Positions 43,031 through 52,087 of a DNA stretch of 64,000 nucleotides are shown here, piece by piece. The position numbers and the translations under genes were made by a program. Below the pieces are notes generated by a model. That model ran no database searches, was not told the origin of the DNA, and was given only the letters and a program-made list of their open reading frames with translations. Source of the stretch: Enterobacter phage phiEap-3; sequence record KT321315.1; one strand, given 5' to 3'. Position 1 is the first letter of the stretch; the number at the start of each line of letters is the position of its first letter.

Positions 43031-45097
43031 ATGATTATGGATTATGAATCAATAATTGATGGAATTATGCAAAATTATCAGCATCCTTGTGATGCTGAGA
43101 TCCCCGCTGGCTATTATCGGCGGGTTATCTGGCAAGGGCATACAGAAAATTATCCGGCTGTTGGGGTTGAGTGGGATACCGAGATAATCAAAATCGGTAC
43201 TCATCTTTATACTCAAGAACCGTTCGGACATAGAAGCACGGATCTACCTGTTGTCAATTCACCGGGAACAGATCCAAATACCGGACAGCCAACAGGGATC
43301 CTTGTTCCGAAGATTGGCTATTATTTCAACACTCAAGCCGAAATTGATGCTTACATTACATCAATTGGTGCAACTAAAATCAATGGTGGTAATGATTGGT
43401 ACGGCGCGGATCTGTCAAAATCAAACCTATACAAAAACCCTGGCGAACTGGCTATGTATAAGGTTGAAAACAGTGGCGGGTATCTTTCCGGAACAAACCC
43501 TGTATGTGATGCTCGCATACGTCAGGCGTATAATCAGGACACTGGCGCATTCACCAATATTGATTATTATTGGAATGGTAATCGTATAGCCTATATGAAG
43601 CATGACGAAACAGGGGCGCACCAGTGCAAATATACGGGTATGCAGGTTAACACCAACGCAGATACAAGCATTCCTCCTGTTCCTCCTGCAATGCCTTCCA
43701 CTTATGGGGCATTACCGAGTGAATTAAGCCGTGCTGATATTTCATGTATTCCGGCAACTGTTGGTTTCGCATATACAAATATCAGTGATGCTATGTTACA
43801 GGCATGGAACGAAACCCGTAATACGTTCAAGCTACAGTTTAACATGTTAACGGGTGCTGTACAGAATGGATTCGGGATCGCGACGATGTTTGATGGTTTA
43901 TCCGTATCGATGGAAGAAGTAATGTCGGGGGCGCTCGCATTGTCACAGCAAGCATGGCAAACTGCTATGAAAGTTTTCAGACAAGTGATTAGCGCTGCAT
44001 TTAACATTATCGGTGGTGCGTGGGGATTGATTAATCAGTTCTTGCCTCAAGTAACCATCTTAGGTGTTGCGATCAACATTTACGATCTGGTGTTTGGTGA
44101 TAATTCTGTTCAGACTTTGAAAGATGCATTTAATGCAATCATCAAATCCGGACAACAAACATATGAAACCGTCATAAACGCAATATACGGGGCCATAGGA
44201 AGCGCATACAATTACTCTGTGGAATATGTCAAAGCTGGCGCTCGCGACCTTGTAGATGCGTGTAGCGCGTTATTTGATTGGTGTTTAACGATGTTCCAAA
44301 ACGGTTGCGTTGCATTAATCGACTTATACGGTCGGATCATGCAAACATGGGCTATCCCTCCGGAAGTTCCAAACCCGTTATGGTCTGCGGTGCTGGCTAT
44401 CCGTAACATCATGATGCAAATCAAACCACTTGATATAATTCTGGGCGGTAACTTCCCTGGATTTACTGCAATGGATTTGTATCAACAAGCACAGGAAAAA
44501 GTCAAGGCTTTTGTTGATGAGTCATACGAACAGATCCGAGGGCTTTATGAACAAGGGCAGGAACTTTACAAAACGTTAAAAAATCAGATTTTCGAGCGTG
44601 ATGCAATTCAGAGAAAATTCAACCAGTACTTAAACTGGATGTGGGGCGCTGTAACAGACGAAGCAACAGCGGCTTATCAATCTGCATTGGATGCTGCAAA
44701 CGCTGCTGTAGCTGCAACACAGGCCGCGTATGACGCTATACAGGAACAGATTGGAACTCTACAAGATGCAATGAAAGATACATACAGCATGGCGATGGAA
44801 GAATTAAAGAAATTGCCTTTGATGAGTACAATAAACGAGTTTTTAGGATTCTGTGGTGTCGCATTTGACGATCTTCTCAAGTCATATGAAAATGCGATTA
44901 CTGGTGCTCAGTCTCTGTACAAAAATTTCATTGATAGTTCGCGCTCGTTTAAAGATCACTGCAAAGTAATCTATAACCAAATTTGTACGCTGGCGTTGAG
45001 TAAAGTCACACAATATGTGAATAAATTGCTGTCTCTCATAGGATTAGCAATCAACTTTGGTTCGATTAGTGTATGTGTTCCAGTACTGAAATACTAA
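43031..45097 (+). CDS. large hypothetical protein (688 aa) in the gp5.x / PAAR-tip position between gp5 and gp6
   Basis: Uninterrupted ORF with a 4-nt gap after gp5. N-terminal ~250 aa globular region. C-terminal ~430 aa of hydrophobic/amphipathic and Ala/Gln-rich helical segments. No PAAR or lysozyme motifs recognised. Confidence 0.65.
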   Translation: MIMDYESIIDGIMQNYQHPCDAEIPAGYYRRVIWQGHTENYPAVGVEWDTEIIKIGTHLYTQEPFGHRSTDLPVVNSPGTDPNTGQPTGILVPKIGYYFNTQAEIDAYITSIGATKINGGNDWYGADLSKSNLYKNPGELAMYKVENSGGYLSGTNPVCDARIRQAYNQDTGAFTNIDYYWNGNRIAYMKHDETGAHQCKYTGMQVNTNADTSIPPVPPAMPSTYGALPSELSRADISCIPATVGFAYTNISDAMLQAWNETRNTFKLQFNMLTGAVQNGFGIATMFDGLSVSMEEVMSGALALSQQAWQTAMKVFRQVISAAFNIIGGAWGLINQFLPQVTILGVAINIYDLVFGDNSVQTLKDAFNAIIKSGQQTYETVINAIYGAIGSAYNYSVEYVKAGARDLVDACSALFDWCLTMFQNGCVALIDLYGRIMQTWAIPPEVPNPLWSAVLAIRNIMMQIKPLDIILGGNFPGFTAMDLYQQAQEKVKAFVDESYEQIRGLYEQGQELYKTLKNQIFERDAIQRKFNQYLNWMWGAVTDEATAAYQSALDAANAAVAATQAAYDAIQEQIGTLQDAMKDTYSMAMEELKKLPLMSTINEFLGFCGVAFDDLLKSYENAITGAQSLYKNFIDSSRSFKDHCKVIYNQICTLALSKVTQYVNKLLSLIGLAINFGSISVCVPVLKY

Positions 45098-45128
45098 ATA
45101 GTCGAATGATCAAGAGGAATTTATAATA

Positions 45129-47054
45129 ATGGCTACTGCTAAGACTAAGACTGTCAAAAAACAGATTAACCAAATCCCCGATATTTTTATCGGGGGTACT
45201 TTCGAAGAAATTAAAACAGATCTGATTGATTGGCTGGGTGGACAAGAAGAGTTTAAGGATTACGATTTTTCCGGCTCGCGAATGAACGTACTGATCGACC
45301 TTCTGTCGTATGCTACTCTTTATATTCAGCAGATGGGTAACACGGCTCTATTTGAATCGTTTATTCGCACGGCTGCATTGCGTAGTTCTGTTGTACAGTC
45401 TGCTCAAGATCTGGGATATATGCCAGATTCTCGCACGGCTGCAAGCACAGCAGTAATGATTACGGCTGCTAACCCACTGACCCCAACATCGATCCGTATC
45501 CCGCGCGGTACAAAATTCATCGGTACTGTAAAGAATACAGACAGTTATTCTTTTGTTGTATCAGATGACGTTGTTATCGTTCGTGATAGTAATAACAACT
45601 ATACATCAATGCTGAACCTGGTGCAAGGCCGTTTAGTTCGTACTGAACTAATTTATGACGGTTCGAGTATCCTGATCCGAGATCCAAACATTGACCGTAG
45701 TCAGGTACGTTTAACTGTAAACGGCGCACAATGGGAAGACTGGACAAACGAAAGCATTGTAAACGCAACAGGCGCAAGCACGATTTACTACATGCGTGAA
45801 ACTGTTGATGGACATACCGAAGTTTATTTCGGTGAAGGTGAAGCAAGTCAACAAGTGGCGGGTGGCGCATTAACCGCTGAATATATCGGGGGCTTGAAAC
45901 CTGCTAATGGATCGACTATCGTTATTGAATACCTGTCAACCGATGGGGAAGCGGCTAACGGTGCAAAAGATTTTATCTATGTCGATACATTAACCAATAT
46001 TAGCATCACGGCGATTAAAGAGAACCCAACCAACACCCCTGATTATGTCGGTGCTGATGGTGGTGGTGATCCAGAAGATATCGAGCGTATTCGAGAACTG
46101 GCCCCTGTTATGCGTGAAACACAACGCCGTTGTGTAACTGCATCGGATTATGAATCATTCCTGTCTCACAGATTTGGTTCTATCATCCAGGCGGTACAGT
46201 GCTTTACTGATAACGAAAAACCTGGTTATGCTTTCATTTCTGTTAAACCAAAGTCAGGTTTGCGCCTAACATCGGTACAGAAAGAAGATATGCAAACGTA
46301 TCTTTCGAAATATAACCTCGCGACGATCACCCCGTCGATTATGGATCCTAACTATCTGTATATTGTGCAATCTGTCAAAGTAACGTATGATATCAGTAAG
46401 TTGACGGAATCAGAGGAATGGTTACGCGGTCAGGTTATTTCATCGATCGACTCTTACTATACTGACAACGTTGAAATTTTCAACAAATCTTTCAGTGTAT
46501 CTAAGATGTTGACTTATGTCGATCAGTCTGATACTTCTATTATCGGTTCGGAAGCAGATATTAAATTGCTCCGTGAAATTGACAACTATTACAGCGCCCC
46601 TATGTCTGGGATTCATTTCTTGAACCAGGTGGAATCTAAATCAATCATTTCCAGTACGTTCAAGTTCACCAACGAACAAGACGAAAGTTATGATGTTCGT
46701 TATGCTTCTACGGAAATGGATCAGGATGGTAACGCAAAAATTGTAATAGGCCCGTTCAAGGATGGGGATATTTCGATTGCTGCTTATACAGGCGATGACT
46801 TTGAAAAATTAACAGATGCAGGAACCCGTAATAAATATTACGAAGTTGGATCGGTTTCTCATTACACCGATTTCATTAGCTTTGACCTGGGCGTTCTGAA
46901 CGTATCCGCCGATAGTTTCAGCGCTGCTTATATCGAGCTAAATGCAAAACCTCTCGAAGAAACCATTTTTACTCGCGATGGTTCGTTGATCGTGTTTGAA
47001 AATGACCTGCGTCCTCAATATACCACATTGACTATGAATCCTATCAGTCAATAA
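45129..47054 (+). CDS. 6: baseplate wedge subunit gp6
   Basis: 641 aa. Matches T4 gp6 (IPDIFIGGTFEEIK, RLNVL.DLL.Y, YYMRETVDGHTEVYFGEGE, CVTASDYESF, RDGSLIVFENDLRPQY). Confidence 0.85.
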   Translation: MATAKTKTVKKQINQIPDIFIGGTFEEIKTDLIDWLGGQEEFKDYDFSGSRMNVLIDLLSYATLYIQQMGNTALFESFIRTAALRSSVVQSAQDLGYMPDSRTAASTAVMITAANPLTPTSIRIPRGTKFIGTVKNTDSYSFVVSDDVVIVRDSNNNYTSMLNLVQGRLVRTELIYDGSSILIRDPNIDRSQVRLTVNGAQWEDWTNESIVNATGASTIYYMRETVDGHTEVYFGEGEASQQVAGGALTAEYIGGLKPANGSTIVIEYLSTDGEAANGAKDFIYVDTLTNISITAIKENPTNTPDYVGADGGGDPEDIERIRELAPVMRETQRRCVTASDYESFLSHRFGSIIQAVQCFTDNEKPGYAFISVKPKSGLRLTSVQKEDMQTYLSKYNLATITPSIMDPNYLYIVQSVKVTYDISKLTESEEWLRGQVISSIDSYYTDNVEIFNKSFSVSKMLTYVDQSDTSIIGSEADIKLLREIDNYYSAPMSGIHFLNQVESKSIISSTFKFTNEQDESYDVRYASTEMDQDGNAKIVIGPFKDGDISIAAYTGDDFEKLTDAGTRNKYYEVGSVSHYTDFISFDLGVLNVSADSFSAAYIELNAKPLEETIFTRDGSLIVFENDLRPQYTTLTMNPISQ

Positions 47055-47060
47055 TCTTTA

Positions 47061-47091
47061 ACCCCTGTCTTCGGATAGGGGTTTTTCTTTT
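47061..47091 (+). terminator. rho-independent terminator (cccctgtc-UUCG-gatagggg + T-run) after gp6
   Basis: 8-bp stem with a UUCG tetraloop, then tttttcttttt. Confidence 0.65.
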
Positions 47092-47099
47092 TATAAATA
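47092..47099 (+). promoter_or_regulatory. T4-type late promoter TATAAATA upstream of gp7
   Basis: Exact TATAAATA, 35 nt upstream of the gp7 ATG, immediately after a terminator. Confidence 0.65.
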
Positions 47100-47134
47100 C
47101 GTGATATACATAACCGCAAATTTGGAGAAATATA

Positions 47135-50100
47135 ATGATTAAAGCGCCTTCGATTACGAGTTTGCGCGTTGATAAGCTGGCTGCTAACTTCGTTTACCTT
47201 AAATGGGATGATGTTGGCATGGATTTCTATTATGTGGTTGAATTGGCCCGTAGCCGTGATATGGACGGAACTATTATCCCAGATGAAAATTTAATCTGGA
47301 GTCAGTTGGGCTATAGCTACGAAAACGAATGGTTTAGCGATCAGGTTGCCCCAAATACACGTTATAAATTCCGTATTCAAACAACTCATGAAGGGTTTGA
47401 ACCTTCTGATTGGGTGATCAGCGATGAATTATGGACGTTTGATGAGAACGCCTACGCATATACAACCATGCGTGAATTCACCCCTGCTGATTCGTTTATC
47501 AATGAAAAATTCGCCAAAAACAATCGTGATTACGTCGATTTTAACGATGATGTTATTATGGCTTCTCTGATGGTTGAGGATTTTGTATACTCTCCCCTGT
47601 ATTCTGATGTAAGCCAGATCAGCGATAAGATCCTGAAACAAGAAAGCTACCACGAAATTCAAGATCACATCGAACACGTTTGTAATGATATAGATCGCAC
47701 TTTCCTGGTATACTCAAACGGATTGCTTTACCTGTTTGAACGTTTTCAGAATATGGCTAAAGTGTCAAATGACAAAGGCCAAACGTGGTATTACTACAAA
47801 GCATTAAACGATCGCGTAGGCAATCCGGTTTCCCGTACCGTTGCTTATCAGAGCGCTAACACTACGTATGTGTTAGGATACGATCGCATATTTTACGGGC
47901 GCACGTCAACAGATATTCGTTGGTCTTCTGATGAAGTTCGTTTTTCTGCTGATGATGTAACGTTTGCGAAGCTGGGGAACCAGTCAGGGTTAGATTTTGA
48001 TGTTGACTCATACAACACGTATGCGCGTCTACCGGGCGGAGTGTCGAAGTATGCCGAAGCTATGGCTTGTTCTAGTGACTGGCTCTACGTGGCTGCTAAG
48101 AACGTTATGCGCCGTATTGCGTTACGTAACACACCAATTGATACTGATCCTGGTTCGCCGACCTTTGGTGAACGTATTTTTGATGAAGTTTCATATACCA
48201 TCGTACCAGGAAATGATAAAATTGTTGTTAAAAAAATGGACGTGCTGAATGACCGTCTGTACGTTCTGGTAACTGGTGAAGTTAAAACGGCGATGATGGA
48301 TCCGACTGTCAAGGCTAACGTGATCCCATCAAATGATGCTGGCGTTTATCTGTGGGATGAGACTGAAAAGACGTTTACCCGTGTTTATGGTAAAACCGAA
48401 GAGGAACGTTTTTATATCACTCATGAATATACCAATATGTCAACTAACGGCGACGAAGTTTACATTTCTGTTGGTAACTACAAATATCCAGGAACTTTGC
48501 CAGATCCAGATCTGGTTGAAAAGTATCCGGAAGATGTGCATTCAGCGGTGAAATACGATCTTGTTCCTGGTTATACTGCGAGCATTTCGATTAACTTTGC
48601 TACAGTTCGAGCAAATCAGAACGATCCTACAGTATGGAACTTTGGGCCGCAAGAGTACTACAATGAAGCAAACTTTAGCTGGCATTTCCGCGATAAGGTT
48701 AGCACATGGATCACCAATGATAACCGTCCTCTGGTGGTTTATCCGGAAACCCTGTATACTCTGGTTACTGATAGCGCGTCTCCTGCGTCAACGATTCGTG
48801 TAAACCATGAAGTTTGGGACAAAGGAACAGTTACTATCTACTTGAATAATATCAAGTTTACTGGTTTTACGAAGTACACAAACGGCGTTCTGTTGTATCG
48901 CTCAGGTGGTAGGATTATTGGATTCTATGAACTGTCATACCGTGCAAGGGATGAACTCACTATTTTCTGGAAACCTGATAACACTTTAATGGTGGCAAGT
49001 CTGGTTAATCAGGAACGTGAAAACCCATACACGCCGGATATTGAACCTGGACTAATCGACCCTGATCTGAGTCACATGATCACTCGTTTTGCTCCGCAAA
49101 GCTATCTGGACAACCAACAGTTCGAAAAATTTGGTGAATACTATCTGCAATATATTTCGTTGGGTAGCAACAGTTACTATAACAAATTGCTGAACCTCAT
49201 CCGGAACAAATATCCGAGAGAGAAAAACAACGTTGAATATTTGTGGTCTGAAATTAACCGCCGTAACATTTACCTGGATAAAACCAAACGTGAGGCAGTG
49301 GTTAGATTTTTTGAATCACGTGCAAGCGATTTCTATTCAACAAAAGGGATTGAGGCAAGTTATACGTTCCTGTTTAAATTGCTGTATAACGAAGATGTTT
49401 CCGTTGAGATCGAAAGCTCCAACAGTCTCGAATATGATATTTTGGTTAGTTCAACAAATATCAGTCAGGATATCGTAGGCCGGACGATCTATACACCAAC
49501 TGGACGCGCTAACGTTACATACATCGAACGTGAATATGAAAATGGTCAATTGCGTTGGTCAATGACTCTGCATAATGCTCAAGGTAACTTTATCGAAGGA
49601 CAGGTTGTCAAGTCAGAAAAAACCAATTTCACCGGAATGGTAATTCGTGGTGTTCGCGGTAAACAAATGGCTAACAACTCGATCGACTATATCAACCGTG
49701 GACGATCTTACTATGTGATGAAAATTCGTTCAAATCTACCGACTTCCCGTTATAAGGATGACGTATTGAGGTTTGTTCATCCGGTAGGATTCGGCTTTAT
49801 GGGTATCACGATGTTAACAGTATTCATCAACTCTGGTTTGTCAATGACTCATAACGAGACAATCATTGATATTCTGAGAAACTACCGTTTCGATAGTGGT
49901 TATCCTAAGTTCTGGCCTGATCGCATTGCGAGTATGGACGGTAACGGAAACCAACAATTCGACCTGGTTACTGGTGAACCTCTGTACACCGCACACCCGC
50001 GAGCGGGGGAACCTTTTGATGTGCCTCCGGAATATGACATTGAAGAAAAACCGCTTAACGGTGTTCTTCCTTCTGCGCGACGGTTCGATCAAAGTCCGTT

Positions 50101-50221
50101 GTTCGATTGCTCAGGCGTTAAATATTCACAGTTCCGTAATTTGGTGGATAGACGACTGAAAGATGATGCAGGAAACCCACGTGATCCAAATCCTCCATCA
50201 CAGATTAAGGTAGGAAATTAA
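47135..50221 (+). CDS. 7: baseplate wedge initiator gp7
   Basis: 1028 aa (T4 gp7 1032 aa). Position and size. Confidence 0.8.
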   Translation: MIKAPSITSLRVDKLAANFVYLKWDDVGMDFYYVVELARSRDMDGTIIPDENLIWSQLGYSYENEWFSDQVAPNTRYKFRIQTTHEGFEPSDWVISDELWTFDENAYAYTTMREFTPADSFINEKFAKNNRDYVDFNDDVIMASLMVEDFVYSPLYSDVSQISDKILKQESYHEIQDHIEHVCNDIDRTFLVYSNGLLYLFERFQNMAKVSNDKGQTWYYYKALNDRVGNPVSRTVAYQSANTTYVLGYDRIFYGRTSTDIRWSSDEVRFSADDVTFAKLGNQSGLDFDVDSYNTYARLPGGVSKYAEAMACSSDWLYVAAKNVMRRIALRNTPIDTDPGSPTFGERIFDEVSYTIVPGNDKIVVKKMDVLNDRLYVLVTGEVKTAMMDPTVKANVIPSNDAGVYLWDETEKTFTRVYGKTEEERFYITHEYTNMSTNGDEVYISVGNYKYPGTLPDPDLVEKYPEDVHSAVKYDLVPGYTASISINFATVRANQNDPTVWNFGPQEYYNEANFSWHFRDKVSTWITNDNRPLVVYPETLYTLVTDSASPASTIRVNHEVWDKGTVTIYLNNIKFTGFTKYTNGVLLYRSGGRIIGFYELSYRARDELTIFWKPDNTLMVASLVNQERENPYTPDIEPGLIDPDLSHMITRFAPQSYLDNQQFEKFGEYYLQYISLGSNSYYNKLLNLIRNKYPREKNNVEYLWSEINRRNIYLDKTKREAVVRFFESRASDFYSTKGIEASYTFLFKLLYNEDVSVEIESSNSLEYDILVSSTNISQDIVGRTIYTPTGRANVTYIEREYENGQLRWSMTLHNAQGNFIEGQVVKSEKTNFTGMVIRGVRGKQMANNSIDYINRGRSYYVMKIRSNLPTSRYKDDVLRFVHPVGFGFMGITMLTVFINSGLSMTHNETIIDILRNYRFDSGYPKFWPDRIASMDGNGNQQFDLVTGEPLYTAHPRAGEPFDVPPEYDIEEKPLNGVLPSARRFDQSPLFDCSGVKYSQFRNLVDRRLKDDAGNPRDPNPPSQIKVGN

Positions 50222-51214
50222 ATGGCACAACAAAACTTGTATCGGTCGGTAATTACTGCAAAATTCCGAACCGAAAACTTGATGAACTTCAAAGATATGA
50301 TCGGCGATGCCGCCGATCTAAACACGATTTATATGTCTATTGGGCGAACTGAATCATGGGCGGATAACGAATCCGACCCTAACTTTGCCCCGCCATATCC
50401 AAATGATAGCACCGATGGTGTTAGTGATATGTGGACGCATATGATCGGGGCTACTAAAGTTCCTGGTGATATGATAGATGCAATTTTACCACGTAAAGAC
50501 TGGGGTGATACTCGCTATCCAAACCCGAAAATCTTTTACTTTAACGATATTGTTGTTGTAAACACCGCGCCTTATAACCGTACTGATCCGGGTAAAGGTT
50601 GGATGGTTTATCGTGTAGTTGATGTTCCTGATATCGGTTCTTGCTCCATTTCGAGCATTACCGGAAAACTTGAATGTATCAGGATCGGCGGTATCTGGAG
50701 TCCGTCTCATGAATCCAGTGAACCTCCACGCGGAGAAGCTAACGGGATCGACATGGGCGACGGCTATAAATGGGAATACCTCTACACAATCCCGCCAGAT
50801 GTCGTGATCAACCGCTGTACGAACGAACATATCGTAGTTCCTTTCCCTGGCGAACTGGAAGAGGATCCGGTACGTTGGGGTTATGATAACGTGATTCAAT
50901 GGTATCCAGGACAATACGATCTAGTGTATCGGTTGAAGGTGAATTCAATGCGTTTTCGTGCGTACATGGATTCTCTTTTCTTCCCGCAATCTACGCTCCC
51001 TGGTAACAAAGGGTTCCGTCAGATAAGTATTATTGTAAACCCGTTGATTAAAAAGGCAAGCCCGACCGAACCTGAAAAGAAAGCAACTGGTGATTACTAT
51101 AATGCTAACGCGCTTGAACCTGATTCCGGACGTATGATTTACATGGAAAACAGACAACCTATTATTCGCTCCCTTGATCAGACTGAGGAAGTGAGTATTG
51201 TATTCGAATTCTAA
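50222..51214 (+). CDS. 8: baseplate wedge subunit gp8
   Basis: 330 aa (T4 334 aa). Synteny. Confidence 0.75.
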   Translation: MAQQNLYRSVITAKFRTENLMNFKDMIGDAADLNTIYMSIGRTESWADNESDPNFAPPYPNDSTDGVSDMWTHMIGATKVPGDMIDAILPRKDWGDTRYPNPKIFYFNDIVVVNTAPYNRTDPGKGWMVYRVVDVPDIGSCSISSITGKLECIRIGGIWSPSHESSEPPRGEANGIDMGDGYKWEYLYTIPPDVVINRCTNEHIVVPFPGELEEDPVRWGYDNVIQWYPGQYDLVYRLKVNSMRFRAYMDSLFFPQSTLPGNKGFRQISIIVNPLIKKASPTEPEKKATGDYYNANALEPDSGRMIYMENRQPIIRSLDQTEEVSIVFEF

Positions 51215-51223
51215 GGAAAAACA

Positions 51224-52087
51224 ATGGCTTACCAAACAGCAAAAAAACTAATTGATGTCGGTGAAATCGGCAACCCATCAACAGGCGATCCGCTTTATGA
51301 TGGTGGTGTTAAACTGAACGAAATGATCACCAACGTTTATAATGCGTTTGGTGATGTGCGTATGCTGTCTGCAAACGAAGGTGTCGGTAACATGGTGATC
51401 CATGCTACCGGATACTATCAGAAATTACCACGCACTTACTATTCAAGTACACCGATCGAACTGGGTTCCCTGCATGACATGGATACTTCAACAGGTTCGA
51501 TTACCGTTGTTCTTCCTTCTGGTAAGGTTGGCGAAGGTTGCTACTTCATAAATAGTACGGGTAGTGTCTCTGTTGATCGTCCTATCGCGTTTCGTCCTCA
51601 AGTTGGCGATACAATCGCGGGGGTTGCAGACCAGTTGTACATCACGTCACCTTACACCTTTGTAAAAATATGGTGTACCAAAAAAGAAGGTGCGATCACA
51701 ACATGGGATTATTCTGTAGAATCTATGTTCGGTTCTAAAACGATGCCTGTTGACACTACGGCGCTTGTACTGAAAGCAAACCCGACTGCTATTCCTATGT
51801 TCGGATATAGCGAATTTAGCGGGGCTAAGGTGCTCGTATACGCAGAAAACGTAGCTGGTACAGTTACCAAAATGGCGGAAGTTTTAATGACCGTGGATCG
51901 TGTAAACAAAACGATTTATTCAACGGAATACGCTATTTTGAAAAACAGTGAAGATGAAATGTTTACATTAAACTTTACTGTCGGTGCTGGTGATGTCGTA
52001 TACGCTAACGTGCAAGCGATCAAAGAAGATCGAATTAAATTCACGATTAAAGCAATCGATACGATTAAATCAGGGATCGCGTCATGA
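51224..52087 (+). CDS. 9: baseplate wedge / long tail fibre socket gp9
   Basis: 287 aa (T4 288 aa). Synteny. Confidence 0.75.
   Translation: MAYQTAKKLIDVGEIGNPSTGDPLYDGGVKLNEMITNVYNAFGDVRMLSANEGVGNMVIHATGYYQKLPRTYYSSTPIELGSLHDMDTSTGSITVVLPSGKVGEGCYFINSTGSVSVDRPIAFRPQVGDTIAGVADQLYITSPYTFVKIWCTKKEGAITTWDYSVESMFGSKTMPVDTTALVLKANPTAIPMFGYSEFSGAKVLVYAENVAGTVTKMAEVLMTVDRVNKTIYSTEYAILKNSEDEMFTLNFTVGAGDVVYANVQAIKEDRIKFTIKAIDTIKSGIAS

Noticed and set aside
43031-45097. Whether the 688-aa gp5-gp6 insert is a PAAR-repeat, lysozyme, ADP-ribosyltransferase (Alt-like) or capsid-targeted internal protein
   Set aside because: No PAAR motifs, no lysozyme catalytic Glu/Asp-Thr context, no R/STS/ExE triad and no gp21-type (L/I)xE cleavage site at the N-terminus were visible. 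Left as unknown.
41628-45870. Minus-strand ORFs inside gp5, the 688-aa gene and gp6 (41628..41909, 42418..42741, 43702..44007, 44212..44424, 45574..45870 etc.), plus similar ones inside gp7-gp17
   Set aside because: Embedded antisense in well-supported structural genes. No independent signals.
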